Source: Octopus sinensis (taxonomy: Eukaryota). From it: 64,000 nucleotides of DNA. Shown here in pieces: positions 28,860-42,500 of this stretch (its first letter is position 1; the number at the start of each line of letters is the position of its first letter). The translations under genes and the position numbers were made by a program. The notes below the pieces were generated by a model that made no database searches, was not told the DNA's origin, and saw nothing but the letters and a program-made list of their open reading frames with translations. The stretch lies in assembly GCF_006345805.1 (NCBI RefSeq), contig NC_043005.1, positions 90,892,001-90,956,000 of the forward strand. Direction: 5' to 3'.

Positions 28860-31800
28860 GTATATGCACCAAGATATTAAGACATAATGAAAATATTTTA
28901 TGCTCATTCATTTCAGGTTGATAATGTATTATCACCATGCTTCTGTTCATTTCTTATTGAAATATTTTTAACACTTTATGCATAGATTCTTCTTCAGATT
29001 ATCACTACATGCTTGGTTTATTTTCTCCTCCTTCACAGCACCAGAACCTGTAAACATCACTCTTGTCAATAGAACCAGTAAATCAATAACTATAAAGTGG
29101 AAATCCCTGCACCCCAATGGACCAATCAAAAAATATATTGTCAGCTGGAAAACTGTAAAAGAAAGTACGCCAAGGTCTATGAATACAACTAAGAAAAATA
29201 CTTATACCATAACTGATCTTGAACCCTGCAGAGATTATAAGATCAAAGTAGAAATCTGTAATACCAAATATTGTAAAGACAGTAAATTATTTCGTGCACA
29301 AACAAAGATTGGAGGTTTGTAAATATATTTATAATTACTAGCAGAACCAGTGAATATTTCATGCAATTAATAGTAAACCTATAGAGTTATTTCTGAAAAT
29401 TTTATCCAAAATGTCTGAAAGTGTATCCTGTGTTGTATAAGAATAGAAAGATAGTCACTCATCTGCTAATCATTGAAAAGTGAAAGAAATTGGAATACAA
29501 TGATTACTTAATACTCTTTATACATACATTTTATATACTTTATGCATAATTTTATAGTTGTAATACACAGTGCTCAGGTATTAAATATTCACTCATCTAT
29601 TTTCCCCCATAAACAAAAAAAAAATCACCATACTCTTTTACTCTGTTACTTGTTTCAGTCATTTGACTGTGGCCATGCTGGAGCACCGCCTTAAGTCGAG
29701 CAAAATACCCCAGGACTTATTCTTTGGAAGCCTAGTACTTATTCTATCGGTCTCTACTGCCGAACCGCTAAGTTACGGGGACATAAACACACCAGCATCG
29801 GTTGTCAAGCAATGTTGGGGTGGGGGAACAAACACACATACATATACATATATATGACAGGCTTCTTTCAGTTTCCATCTACCAAATCCACTCACAAGGC
29901 TTTGGTCAGCCCGAGGCTATAGTAGAAGACACTTGCCCAAGGTGCCACGCAGTGGGACTGAACCTGGAATCATGTGGTTCATAAGCAAGCTAATTACCAC
30001 ACAGCCACTGTCGATTATTTGTATTAATTCCAGTACTCAGCCAGTTGTGGGGCACATGGCTTAGTGGTTATGGATAATGTACTCATAATTGTAAGGTTGT
30101 GGCTTTGAATCCTGCAGTATGTTGTGTTTTTTGAGCAAAACACTTCATTTCACATTGCTCCAGCTAACTCAGCAAGCAAAAATGAGTAATCTTGCAACAA
30201 ACTGGTATCCTGACTGGGTTGGAGTGGAATATATATGTCACAGTATGCTGGAAAAGGGTCTGATGAACCTATGGCTCCTGCTGGACCTTTGATCTTGTTG
30301 ACTTAATTTACTATTTATTTTACCGGATCTCTGTTGAGTAATTAATATAGTTATATTGAGTTACCTCCCTTGATGCTGGTGTGTTTACGTCCCTGTAACT
30401 TAGTGGTTTGGTAAAAGAGACCGATAGAATAAGCACTAGGCTTACAAAGAATAAGTCCTGGGGTCGATTTGCTCAACTAAAGGCGGTGCTCCAGCATGGC
30501 CACAGTCAAATGACTGAAACAAGTAAAAGAGTAAAGAAACCCAAAAGAAAGTTAGGAAAATAAACTCTATATTTTGTGTATGCATGTATGTGCATCTCCC
30601 TGTGTGCATATGCATGTGTGTGTGTAAGAGCGAAAGATGGATGGAGATATATATATAGAGAGAGAGAGAGTTACATGTGTCTGTCAGGGCAGACAACTGG
30701 TTGTGCTTGAATTCCGTATTCTAGTTTCAAAGCACTCATAAACACATAGAGTAATGAGCTGTTAAGGAATGACTTGCTAACCAATTTACATGTAGTTGAA
30801 TGAACTGTAATATTGTAAAACTAGTACTGTGTCGAAATATGAGAAGCAGTCGTTTGGAAGGTAGAATGGCACCCAGCAAGTAGTGACACCATCATCATCA
30901 TCATCATCATCATAATCATCATCATCACTATAATGGTGATTGAAGTATTGGTAATAGTGTTGATGATGACATTGGTGATAATGATTATAGCCGTGATATA
31001 TTCTAAATATTCTTTTACAATATAGTACGTACATATTTTATTAAATGAATGTTTTATTATAGAATAAGGTTCTTTTATTCTAAATTTTTTTCCCTGTCAT
31101 CACAGTCCCACACCCGGCACGAAATGTTAATGCTAAGGCAGAGTCTGCAACAAGCATTCGTGTCTCTTGGGAGGAACCGATGCAGTACACAGGACCAACT
31201 ACATATATCATTCAGGGACAGTGTTTAAAGTCCTCAAGAATACTGAAGACTTTTCTTGGGCCATTCACTGTCTCAGGTGAGATATCATTTTGGTTTTTTC
31301 TTCTGATCATTTTGGATTTTTCTTCTCATTAAATCATTAAACAAAATGTCTTTCTTAAGTTGAAATCCTGCCAAAATCAACTTTGCATTTCATCTCACCC
31401 AAGCAATAAAATATAGTACTGGTCAGGTGCTTGTGGGATGGGGGGGTAATTTAATTGACTTACCCCCTCCTCCAAATATCTGGCCTTGTGCTTATGTTAG
31501 AAACAATTATTGCTTGTATTATCAGGGTACTAAATTTACAGGATTTTGTTATGTGTTCTTTTACATTCTGAATTAATTTTTTACCAGGGTCATTTATGTT
31601 ATTCATCCTTCTAGGATTAACTATATACGTCACCCAAAATATGTAGCGTGTACCTCTCCTAGAAATCAGATGCAGGCATGACTCTGTAGCTAAGAAGTTC
31701 TCTCTACAACCTTATGCTTCTCACTTCGATTCCACTTTGTGATGATATTTGTGGTATGTGTCATCTATAGCCTCAGTTGAGGATATAGCTTAAATAATGC

Positions 31801-32287
31801 ATTGCTTTGAATGATCTTTTTGACATTTGCATTAATGCAGACATGTAAATAATTTATTTATTATTAAATATAATAATGTAAATTATTTACCTGTTTTTAA
31901 ATTACAAAACAAATTGTTGTGATATTAGAATCTTCTTCTTGTTAAATAAAATTTCATCAAACTATTTCTGTCATTTATGATTTTATATATGTGTATGTAT
32001 ATTGTATGTATGTGTATATATATATATGCACACATACAGGGTATCCAGAAAGTTTTGCCTCATTTTTATTTTACGTGGAACTGTGCCAAAAGGCTCGTTG
32101 CAATGTTGCTTTGCATTTGCTTTCTTGTATTGAAAACAGTTTGAACCATTTCGTTTGTAGTTATCGTTGTTGCATCATTGTTTCATTCGTAGTTATTATT
32201 CATCATTGGTCTAGACAATAAGATAGATTAATTGAAAAACCTACAATAGATTTCAAAATAAGAATTGGATGAAGTATTTTTGACACC

Positions 32288-32343
<56 letters not shown>

Positions 32344-34475
32344 CGATCTGGCACAAACGTTAGTGTGCCTGTTAAAATGCTTAACTGTAATTTGTCTGTC
32401 ATTACGTTTTGCCTCGCCTGGCACGTAAAAAGCACCCACTACACTCACAGAGTGGTTGGCTATTGTGACTTCATGGACTGAGAAAAGAAATTTGTGACAT
32501 CTTGTGTTTTCCAAGCACATTGCAGAGTAAATGAAATAGCTACAGGTGGAAATTGAATCTGGTTATATTTGCTGCTATACTAAATGTAATGGTGTGGGTA
32601 ATTCAGTAATTACTTATATCTACCTCACAGGTTTCAATAATACCTCGTTTCTTGTAAAAGACTTAGCAGAATACTGGCCATACGTATTTGAAATTACAAC
32701 AAGTACTGAAGCAGGAAATGGTTCCACAGTAACCACTTCACGCACTCTGACAGAGGAATCAAGTAAGCTTTCTATCTTTCTATCTTTCTCATTCTCATTT
32801 GTCTAGTCATCAACCACATTACATCATTCCTCCGCACTACGCTATGCCATTCAAACAATGCTATACTACACTGCTGCAACCAAAAATTTTGTCATGATCA
32901 CTTGACCTGCTAAAAACAGCTGTCAAATCTTCGTCATATAATGCCCTATCATCTTAGAAAAGAAAGAACTGTTGAACTGCATTATCCTAAATACAATTTA
33001 TCTAAATAAATGTTGACATGGCCAAGAATCTACAGACATTAAATTGAACTCTACCATTTTAAGAAGAAACAACCCATTGGCAATTGTAACCTTAGGCATA
33101 CAAAAACAACAGGATGGTCATAGTTGGAATATCTTTGATCAAAATAATCTGCCAGACATTAGAAATAATATCACACTGCACCACATAACTAAGAAACATA
33201 CATGGTGTATGTAGAAAAATAGTAATAGTCATTTAGGCAAGTACCATAGGACTGCTATTTCTGAGCAGACCTAAGCCATAGGACCTCTCTTTCTGAGCAA
33301 ACCTAGGGCTACATAACAATAGCAAAAGCATCTCACCACATTGTACTACACAATATTACAATACACTGTGCTATATAACATCACATGAGCCAACAAAGAA
33401 ACCTCTTCATGGTCGCCCTTACAACTAGAAATAGTAATAAAATTTGCACAGATCATACCCTAGTGTCTTAAAAACAAGGTAATAATATAATTCTAGATAT
33501 ACTCAGCTTTAAAAAATGGCAAAACTGTCAAAAAGAAATCATCTTTGTTCATAAGTTTACTTAATCGGGATTCATCTAGGGCTAAACACAAATTATAACA
33601 CCATATCAAACACACCATATTGCATCACATGAATACTACATCATATTTTACCTCACCTCAACACACAATACTACATTCCAGCATGCTACACCACATTACA
33701 TTACAATTTATCACATTTCACCACAATCAAACCAAATCATATTCCAGCACACAACACTTGATAATACTGCATAATATTGTTAGACCTAAATAAAATTTTA
33801 TCTCTTTGTCCTGAATGCAGCGCCTGGACCAGTCAAAAGTTTGGATATTTATGTCAATTATTCCTGCTATATTGCATTACTGGTTACGTGGAAGAAACCA
33901 CTTCCTGAAGATGAAAATGGTATTATCACTAAATATGAAATAACTTATTGGGCTGATAATGATGACAAAGTAAGTTACTCTCTTCAATATAATCTGACAG
34001 TATGTATCCAAACTTATATACACACACACACACACACACAAATATTTATGTATATAAATCCATATCTGTATCTATCTATCTATCTTCCCACGGATAAACC
34101 TTATCTGCTTCCCCCTTTACACCGTACATCATGACACTATGATACACGATCCCTATTGATCGTTTTTTTTCCTCTTCCCCTTTTTTTCTCTATTTTCTTC
34201 TTGCTTTTCTTTTGTTTCTTTTCCTCTTTTTTCTTTTTTTCTTTTTTCCCTTTTACGATCCCTTTTGATCGAAAACCTACGCAACTTTTTTTTTTCATCC
34301 CCCAAAAGAAAAGCTCTACCTTGTAATTTGTCCCATCTGTGTGCAGCCCTGTGTGGCCAATAAAGAAACTTATGTATCTATCCATCTATCTATCTATCTA
34401 TCGGTTTAACTGTCTATCTATCTATCTATCCATCTATCTGTCTATCTATCGGTTTAACTGTCTATCCATCCATCC

Positions 34476-34515
<40 letters not shown>

Positions 34516-36338
34516 ATCTATCTAGCTAGCTAGATAAATAGATAGCTATGTCTGTCTGTCTGTATGTATGTATGCATGTAAATCTATAAGATAAATCCTG
34601 TTCTGTGTGTGTGTGTGTAAAAGATTATAACGGCCATAATTTTCATCAGATTTTCTCCGAACTGGAAACATACATTACTTACGTTCCAGAGATGGTTTTA
34701 GACTCTTAAAATTTTTCACATGAGTAATGGGCCCCTTGGTGGCAGAAAATACACATTCCTAGGTTACTTGCAAAAGGGAGGTAACTCTTTGTGAAGTAAC
34801 TTTCAGAAATTGATTGTCTCCCTTACATTCATTGGTCAAAAAATTATCACAATCTTATCTAATATATAGAATAGAGTATGTGTGTATTCACTTTTCACGT
34901 GAAAACAGTTACACCAATTGCTTCCATATTTTGACCTCGGACACATGTTAGGCTCCCCATTTGATTTTTTTATCAAAAAAAAAAAATATTGCTTTTTACA
35001 TTAGATTCACATCTATGAAAGTTTTTTAAATATTTACTTCCAGTTTTCTAGTATCAGTGATGTCTGTATCTATATCTATATCTCTCTATTTATCTCTGTC
35101 TATTTCCATCTCTTTATCTATCTCTCTATCTATATTTCTCTATCCATCTCCATCTCTATCTATCTCCCTATATCTATCTGTCTATATCTATATCTATCTT
35201 ATTTGTCTAACTAGCTAGCTCTCTCTCCCCTCTCTATATCTCACTCTCTATTGTTTTCACTTTCATTTTTCAGATGCTATTGTTTTCACTGTAAGTTTTT
35301 AATTGCTATTTACAAACAACAACAACAAATTACTAACAGAAAAAAGTTCACAATTACTGATGAAAGTAATTTCAGACATAATTTACTGACAGAAGTAACT
35401 TCATAAATTTCACTTCAATCCATACACTTCGTTAAATTTGCCTACAAATTTGTTATTTTACTTTCGTAATATTTTGTGCTTTTTTTTTTATGGAATTACT
35501 GATAAAAGTAAGTTCATAATTTACTGTCAGAAGTAACTTCAAAAATTTCATTTAAATCCGTACACTTAGTTAATTTCCCTAAAAATTTCTTATTTACTTT
35601 TGCAACAGTTTTGTGTTTTTCTGTTGTTAACAGTTTTTTTTCTGGTTCCTTCAATACTGGCTCTTTGGTTTACAAAGTGACAAATTTCACTTAGACCCAT
35701 ACAATTCTTTATTTCCTGTAAAAAATTCTTATTTACTTTCTGCCCATCATATTAAGAAATATAATTTCTTTTACCCAGTTATTTTCATTGTTCACTATCT
35801 TCTGCACCCATGTATTTCTATAAACATATATAACGATACCTAGAAAGAAAGCGTCAAATTTATCTATAATGTCAATGTCAGCCAAATTAATGTCTCTGTC
35901 CAGAGAAAGAGAGACAGCTGCAGAAAGGGAAGCATACCAAGAAACGAATAGACTGTGCATTACAAAAGCCAGAGCATCTCAAAGTGATGAACAGAGGTAT
36001 GCATGGCTGACAAGGAATAGGATCTCCACTGCAGAATGAAGAGCAGTTGCAACATCTCAGAGAGGCAACTTCTATGAAGCAGCTTTCAATTATGATCCAG
36101 TGGTTCATTATGCAGATGGCACTAGAGTTTCCATTGGTGCAATGACAACTGAGTGCATACATTGTAAAGCAAGGAAGTGGCCTGGAGAAACACCTGCACT
36201 GTGCCGCAGTGGTGGAAAGGTTATACTCCCTGCAATCCCCTAACCTCCAGAGCCATTGAAGAAACTGTTGTCATCAACTGATCAAGATTCCAAGCACTTC
36301 CAAATCAAAATTAGATAATGCAATGCTGCACTACAGAT

Positions 36339-36383
<45 letters not shown>

Positions 36384-36543
36384 GATGGGCTTCTTTCAGT
36401 TTCCATCAACCAAATCCATTCACAAGGCATTGGTCAGCCCAAGGCTATAGTAGAAGACACCTGCCCAAGGTACCACACTGTGGAGCTGAACCTAGAACCA
36501 TATGGTTGGGAAGCAAGCTTCTTTCCACACAGCTACACCATTG

Positions 36544-36582
<39 letters not shown>

Positions 36583-39500
36583 ATAAAGATAAGATCATTA
36601 TTTAAAATACCGATCATATCAGGTAGCTAACGTGGGAATAAAAACCTCATAGGTAATAATTATTATTAAAATTATAATTAAGAGTACCTAAGAGATACCA
36701 CCATGCTATATATATAAATACACACACACACACAGACAGTTGATAGAATACCCAGCTGATGGGTGGTTTAGCAGCCAGCAAAGTAGTTGGCAGTTTGTTT
36801 CCTCTTACAGGAATTGCATTGCAACCAATATCAAAAAATTTAACTATCCTATCAATAGCAGCAAAATCCAGGTGAGTTGTTGTGTTGTAGCTTAGCTCCA
36901 AGTCAGTCTTGATTGCACAGACTTATGATCAAAGGGATTCTAGCCATGACCATTACATCATTTTCTTTTTCTCCATCAGAATGTATATTAAACTACATTA
37001 TCCTGTGTATCCTTTATTTTTTTTTAAGATAATGGAACATGAGTTGAAGGAAATGTGGTTATTATTTCTAGCTTCACAAGTAACTGCTTAGGTGCTCCTT
37101 TGTTGGCTAGGAGATAAGTAGGCACCACAGGAAAATATAGTTAGATGTTCTGAGTAACAACAGCACAGTAAAAACTAAAAATGTTTTGTAAGATCCAAAT
37201 GTTAAGTTGCAATCTTTCTTTCAGGAAACGTATTTTGCAATCAAGAAGAAGGATTGGATATTGTGCCAGCAATCTCTTCCCACAATGTTCAGTCTTTCTT
37301 GTGATTCCTTTTCTGTTTCCATAAGTAAGTCAAAAATGTAAGAGATATTGTATACTCTACACTGGCTAATCTGCTTTTATCAGTGTTCCCTATCTTTGGC
37401 AAGGTCAGCAGCTCCTTAAAATCTTATATTACAACCATCATAGGTCCTCATTAACTTGTGCAATGAATGTCTTTCACAAAGTTCTTCTGACAAAATGAGG
37501 ATCTGTAGTTTACTTTGTGACTTAGAAATGTGGCCAGTGTTATAGTTGTCCATTCAAAATCTATCTGTCCCAATATAAAATGCTATCAACTGGGAAATCC
37601 TGCACTCTCACAGCTAATATTTATTTGAGGAAGCAATTTATACATAGTTTCGTGATCTGCAAGAAATAGCAACCAAATTTCTCTCAAACTTTTATATAGT
37701 CAGTGGAGTTAAGAATGTGACTCTCAAATTTGCAAGCTTCACTCCTATATTTATGAGATTAATACAGCTGAAACTTAATCTCAACACCTTTAATTCAATT
37801 TCTGCAAAAAATACTTGGATGGAGACTACTCTGGATACTTGCAACAGAATGGACTCTGCTAAAGGCACACAAAGCAGTGTGATGGTATTAAATGGGATGA
37901 CTTACTGAAATAAAAGAAGTTCTTCTTTTCTTTTATTTTTGGAACAAATTTGTTGTATGGAAATGTAGTGGATTTATTGCGGTGTTCGTTTCATCCCTTT
38001 ACATTCTGATATCAAATTCCACCTAATCATCTTTACCTTTTTTCCTTCCATGGACAGCTCAATAATTGGCAGTTAAGAACTGTACCCAATAATATAAAGT
38101 ACCAGTCAAGAACTGGAGCCAATTGTACAGGAGTCAGCAAACTGGGGTAAAAATGAAATTCTTGTGGGTAATGTGAACTCATTAGACATAAGTAAAATTA
38201 TATAAGAAAATGTATTCCTTGTTATGGCAGAAATTTTTCTTCTGATATGAGGAGGCAGTCAAAAAGTTGTTGCCTTTTGTAACAGCCTACATTTGTGAAC
38301 AAGGATTTTCCTCTCTAATGAACATAAAAACAAAGCAGAGAAATTAATTGGACCCCGAAGACTGTATCCAAATTGCTCTGGCATCAAAATGCCCCAATTT
38401 TGATGCAATTGTAGCAAAATTGAAACATCATTTCTCCAAAACCTGAAATGAAAAGGTTTCCAGAAAAACCCTTTTGTTTCATAACGAGGATATTAATTTA
38501 TTTTATCACATTTGTTTTATACGTTTTATATTTATAATTGTATTCTACATATAAATAGATTCAAAAAATCTTTTGAATTCAAAGAATCTATGATTTGCTT
38601 CTTTTCAAATCATGGGGGTAACATCAGCATAATTATATTTTGGGTTAATTGGTTAAAAAAGTTCCCTGATACCTGAAATGCAGCAGTCAAGAAGTGAGAT
38701 AAACTTATTTAACAAGCACCCTCCTCCCAATGCAGTTTTGTGACTTTATGCCCAATCTTAAAAAAATATTACCATCTGAAGTTCCAAGCTTATGCACATT
38801 AATCCTTTAGCATTAAAACTGGCCATGTCCAGTCCAAATATTTTACTTGTTTTACGTTCAAATCTGCCAGATCAAGCCTCTCAGACCTACCCTTCAGTGT
38901 CATTCTAAAAATAGACAATCACATCATTGAAATCTTGAAGCTATAAGATAATATATGATTAATTTTTTTTAATGTGTATAAATAAGCATTACATTTGATT
39001 AATTAATCTGAATGCTAAAGCGTTAATTTTGTATTGATTCTTTTATGTAGAAGAAAATATGTGTTAATGCTACTCTGTTCTCAACCATGATGATTGCATT
39101 AGGAGAGCATAGCTACACAATACAGGTAAGTGGCATCTCTTTGCAATAAACATAGATTCTTGACATAATTATAATGTAGTACTAAATATCAATGTAACTA
39201 TTAAGAGTCAAACTAATTCAAATCATTGGGATGTTGGTCAGGGATCTTTTCGGTTTGAACGACAGTTTTTAACATAATTTCTAGGTAACTAAAAAATTTA
39301 AAACTTTGTATACTGGTAGAATGTGTTTATAAAACATCTTTTTCTTTTGGCTTTATTGAGAAAATTCTATAGTTTGTAAGATATTTGTTGTTTTTTTTCT
39401 TCAATTTCTGCAATTTCAACCAGTCACTGACGTCTATTGAGGTAAAAAAAACATTCTGTGCCGTATGAATATATCCCTCGTTTAAGAAACAGATTGGGTT

Positions 39501-42500
39501 TATTTACATTTGTGAAGAAAAAAAGGTACCCTTCCTCCCACCCCTAACCCTAAAATAGATTGAAATGCAATAGACCGATACTAGGTGCATAATTATGGGT
39601 GACAATTTCATATGACACTGCTAGAAAAAACTGCCGTTCAATCCGAAAAGATCCGTTGGTCAGTTGTCCAAAGGTTTCCATGATCTGTATCCTGTGACAG
39701 GCACAGAATAGTGTTTCTAGTATTTAACTTTCAGTGGTCCACTTCACCCTTCTGTAAGCTCAGAATAAATAGGCCAGTGTTTGAAATGTGAGGGATTATG
39801 CAATGGAGACAGCATTTCCAACTTTTCAGCTCATGAAGAAGTGGAGTTTATATAATATCTTTCTGCTCCTGCTTCTTCTCAACTTCAGCCTCCCAGACAT
39901 TAGAGTACCCCAACTTCCTAAGACCCATTGTCATCACTGATTATGAATGTTATGAAGTAAATAATTCAACAATGAATGAATACATTTCTATAACATAGTT
40001 TGACAAGTTTTGGTCAGCTATATGTTCATATATTCCAATAGAGAAGAACTATCTCAAAACCTGCAACGATTTCTAAGAATGTAAACAGACTCACTATATC
40101 ATAATATCCTTACTGCTTTCATTACCATATTTTGATGTTTCTTTTTTTTTTGCCCAATAAAGAGTTGTGTGTGTGTGTGTGTGTGTGTGTGTCTGTGTCT
40201 GTGTCTCTGTGTGTCTATGTGTTTGTGTGTGAGTGTCTGTGTCTGTGTCTCTGTGTGTCTGTGTGTTTGTGTGTGTGTGTGTGTCTGTATCTGTGTGTGT
40301 CTGTGTGTTTGTGTGTGTGTGAATATAAGAATTTATTATTACCAACAGTTTCATACACTTTCTTTAAACAGCCATTATAACTGATAATTTTTAAACAAAA
40401 CAATAAGTCATTTTAAAATATACAATATACTATATAACATATATAATAATATAAGTTTAGCTACAAGAATCATTGTCTTCCTAATGAGTTTGTACAATCA
40501 ACTTATGCATATTGCATATTGTTATGTATATTGTCCAATCCCCATATACTGCATTAATATTCCTCACACTTTCCATTGTGTTGTTGTCTTTATTGAACTC
40601 ATAAAGCAAAATATGCCAGACATGCTCCTTTGTCACTTTCATGATAGATTTGTAAAAATGACTGTTAAAATCGAACTGCATTCTTCAAAACTTGCACTAA
40701 GAATAAGTACAAGGTAAAATTACTACCCGTTTTTATAGCAAGTTGATGCAGTAGTTTATCCCATTCCCCTCCAACTTTAATTCATGCAACTGAAAAATAA
40801 CCGCATTATTTATGGGATGACCCAATATTAAGTTCAATCAATATATCAAAAATGCTTTGTAAATAAATCATGGCTGAGATTCTTTTCTTGAGCATTATGC
40901 TAATAACTTAGAATAACATACTGATATTGTTGTGTTTAAGTCAGGCTCAACAATAATAGCAATGAGATAAATGTTATGGATGAGAGTAAAAGGTGTTGGA
41001 AAAAGTTTGCGTTAAAGGATGGAAAAGATAAAAATATTTTCTTAAATCAACATATTTATCCAATATATATTTGTATCGAAATTTGTTATCTCTGCAGTGT
41101 ATCAGTGCTTTTACAAGAAAGAGAAAGAGATTTATAGGAATTGTGTATTGGGTGTTTCTCGCAGGATGTATGTTAAACAAAGAAAAAAATGGTATGAAAT
41201 GATGTTAGAGGATGTCTTTTAATGGTCTGATTATCAGGCAAGATTTCAGACACAATTAAGACATCTCCAGATGTTTTCTGTTTGTATTTCAGCATAAAAA
41301 CAAAGGTTTTTCTTTTAATGGTTACCAACATTCTGTCACAGCCACCGCAATATGTGACTGGCTGTAAATATATCTTGATAGGAATGTTGATTATCTCTGT
41401 AGGTATCTTAATGTATACTGTTATAAATTACCAACTATACAATGAATATAAATCTAAAGAGAGATGGAGGAGAGATTTGATCTTCATAATAATTGTTGAC
41501 ACTGTTTTGTTTTGTTTATTATTATTCAAACATACTTCTGTGGTGCAAAAAGCAACCTACAACTTTTATCTGAGTATCTTTACAACATCCAGTAATAACC
41601 AAACAGTATTGGAGTATTAGTGATACAGGTGGTAGTTTCCCATATATTTGTAACTACCACCTGTATTATCCCTTGTGAAAGGTAGAAGAGTCCAGTTTGC
41701 TGGACATTGTTGTAGAGCTGAAAACGAGGTAATTTCTACTCTTCTCCTCTGGAAGCCATCTGCTCGCAACACCAGAGGGCGCACACTCTCCTACCCTGAT
41801 GTAATCTCCAGGAATACAGGCATCCAGCAACAGCACCTCCGTAATGCTATGATGGACCGTGAGGTCTGGTGTGGCACGGTAAATTCCGTTGTCTTGACCA
41901 CAGTCGAACAATGATGAATGACGGAGTATTAGTACATCAATAAAATGTGCAATTTAAAAATATATTTTTAAAAAAATAGTAAAAGAAAAAACTAGGAAAA
42001 ATTCCTATAACACTAACTATATGGAAGAAATATCTACAATAATTATCTGGGATATCAGGTTTCATGGTAACAAAATTATTGGTTGCATTCTTTCCAACAG
42101 AATAAGCTATTTACAAAGTATTTGTTTTGCCCCTAGGTGTTTGTCAATGTTTGCTTTTGGTTGGGGTTGTGTACCAGTTACAATCTCAATAAACACCATT
42201 TAAAAGTAAATTTAAGAAATGACCTCATAAACCATAATAATCTGTAAAAGTATTTTTAAATATATATATCTGTAGAAACTATGGCATAGAATTTTAATAA
42301 ATAAAACACTGAAAACAAAATTTGACTACAAAGCTAATGTCTTTTATTTCAGATACGTGCAGAAACTTCAAAAGGATTAGGTGACACAAGGAACAAAACC
42401 GTTTATGTCAAACCTCAAAGTAAGTTTTAACAGTGCTCGTTTTCTGTCAATGTTTCATAATATATTGTCTATATTTCAAAATTCTCTCTGATATTTTAAT

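Larger units (their letters stand above)
26603..28885 (+). repeat. Tandem duplication, two units of 1141 and 1142 bp (26603-27743; 27744-28885), each with an FN3 exon, a SINE fragment, a MITE and (GT)n
   Basis: By direct comparison the units are identical except for 11 substitutions and the (GT)n tract. TAAGACAT occurs at 26585-26592, at the junction (27736-27743) and at the right end (28878-28885). Confidence 0.95.

Noticed and set aside
35274-35290. Candidate 17-nt microexon (ttttcag|ATGCTATTGTTTTCACT|gtaagt)
   Set aside because: It is frame-disrupting and has no supporting evidence.
37225-37324. Candidate 100-nt exon with good splice sites (ctttcag|GAA...ATA A|gtaagt)
   Set aside because: Its phase 0-1 would break the frame between exons 13 and 14 (both phase 0). 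It is not FN3-like and adjoins a probable decayed minus-strand LINE remnant.
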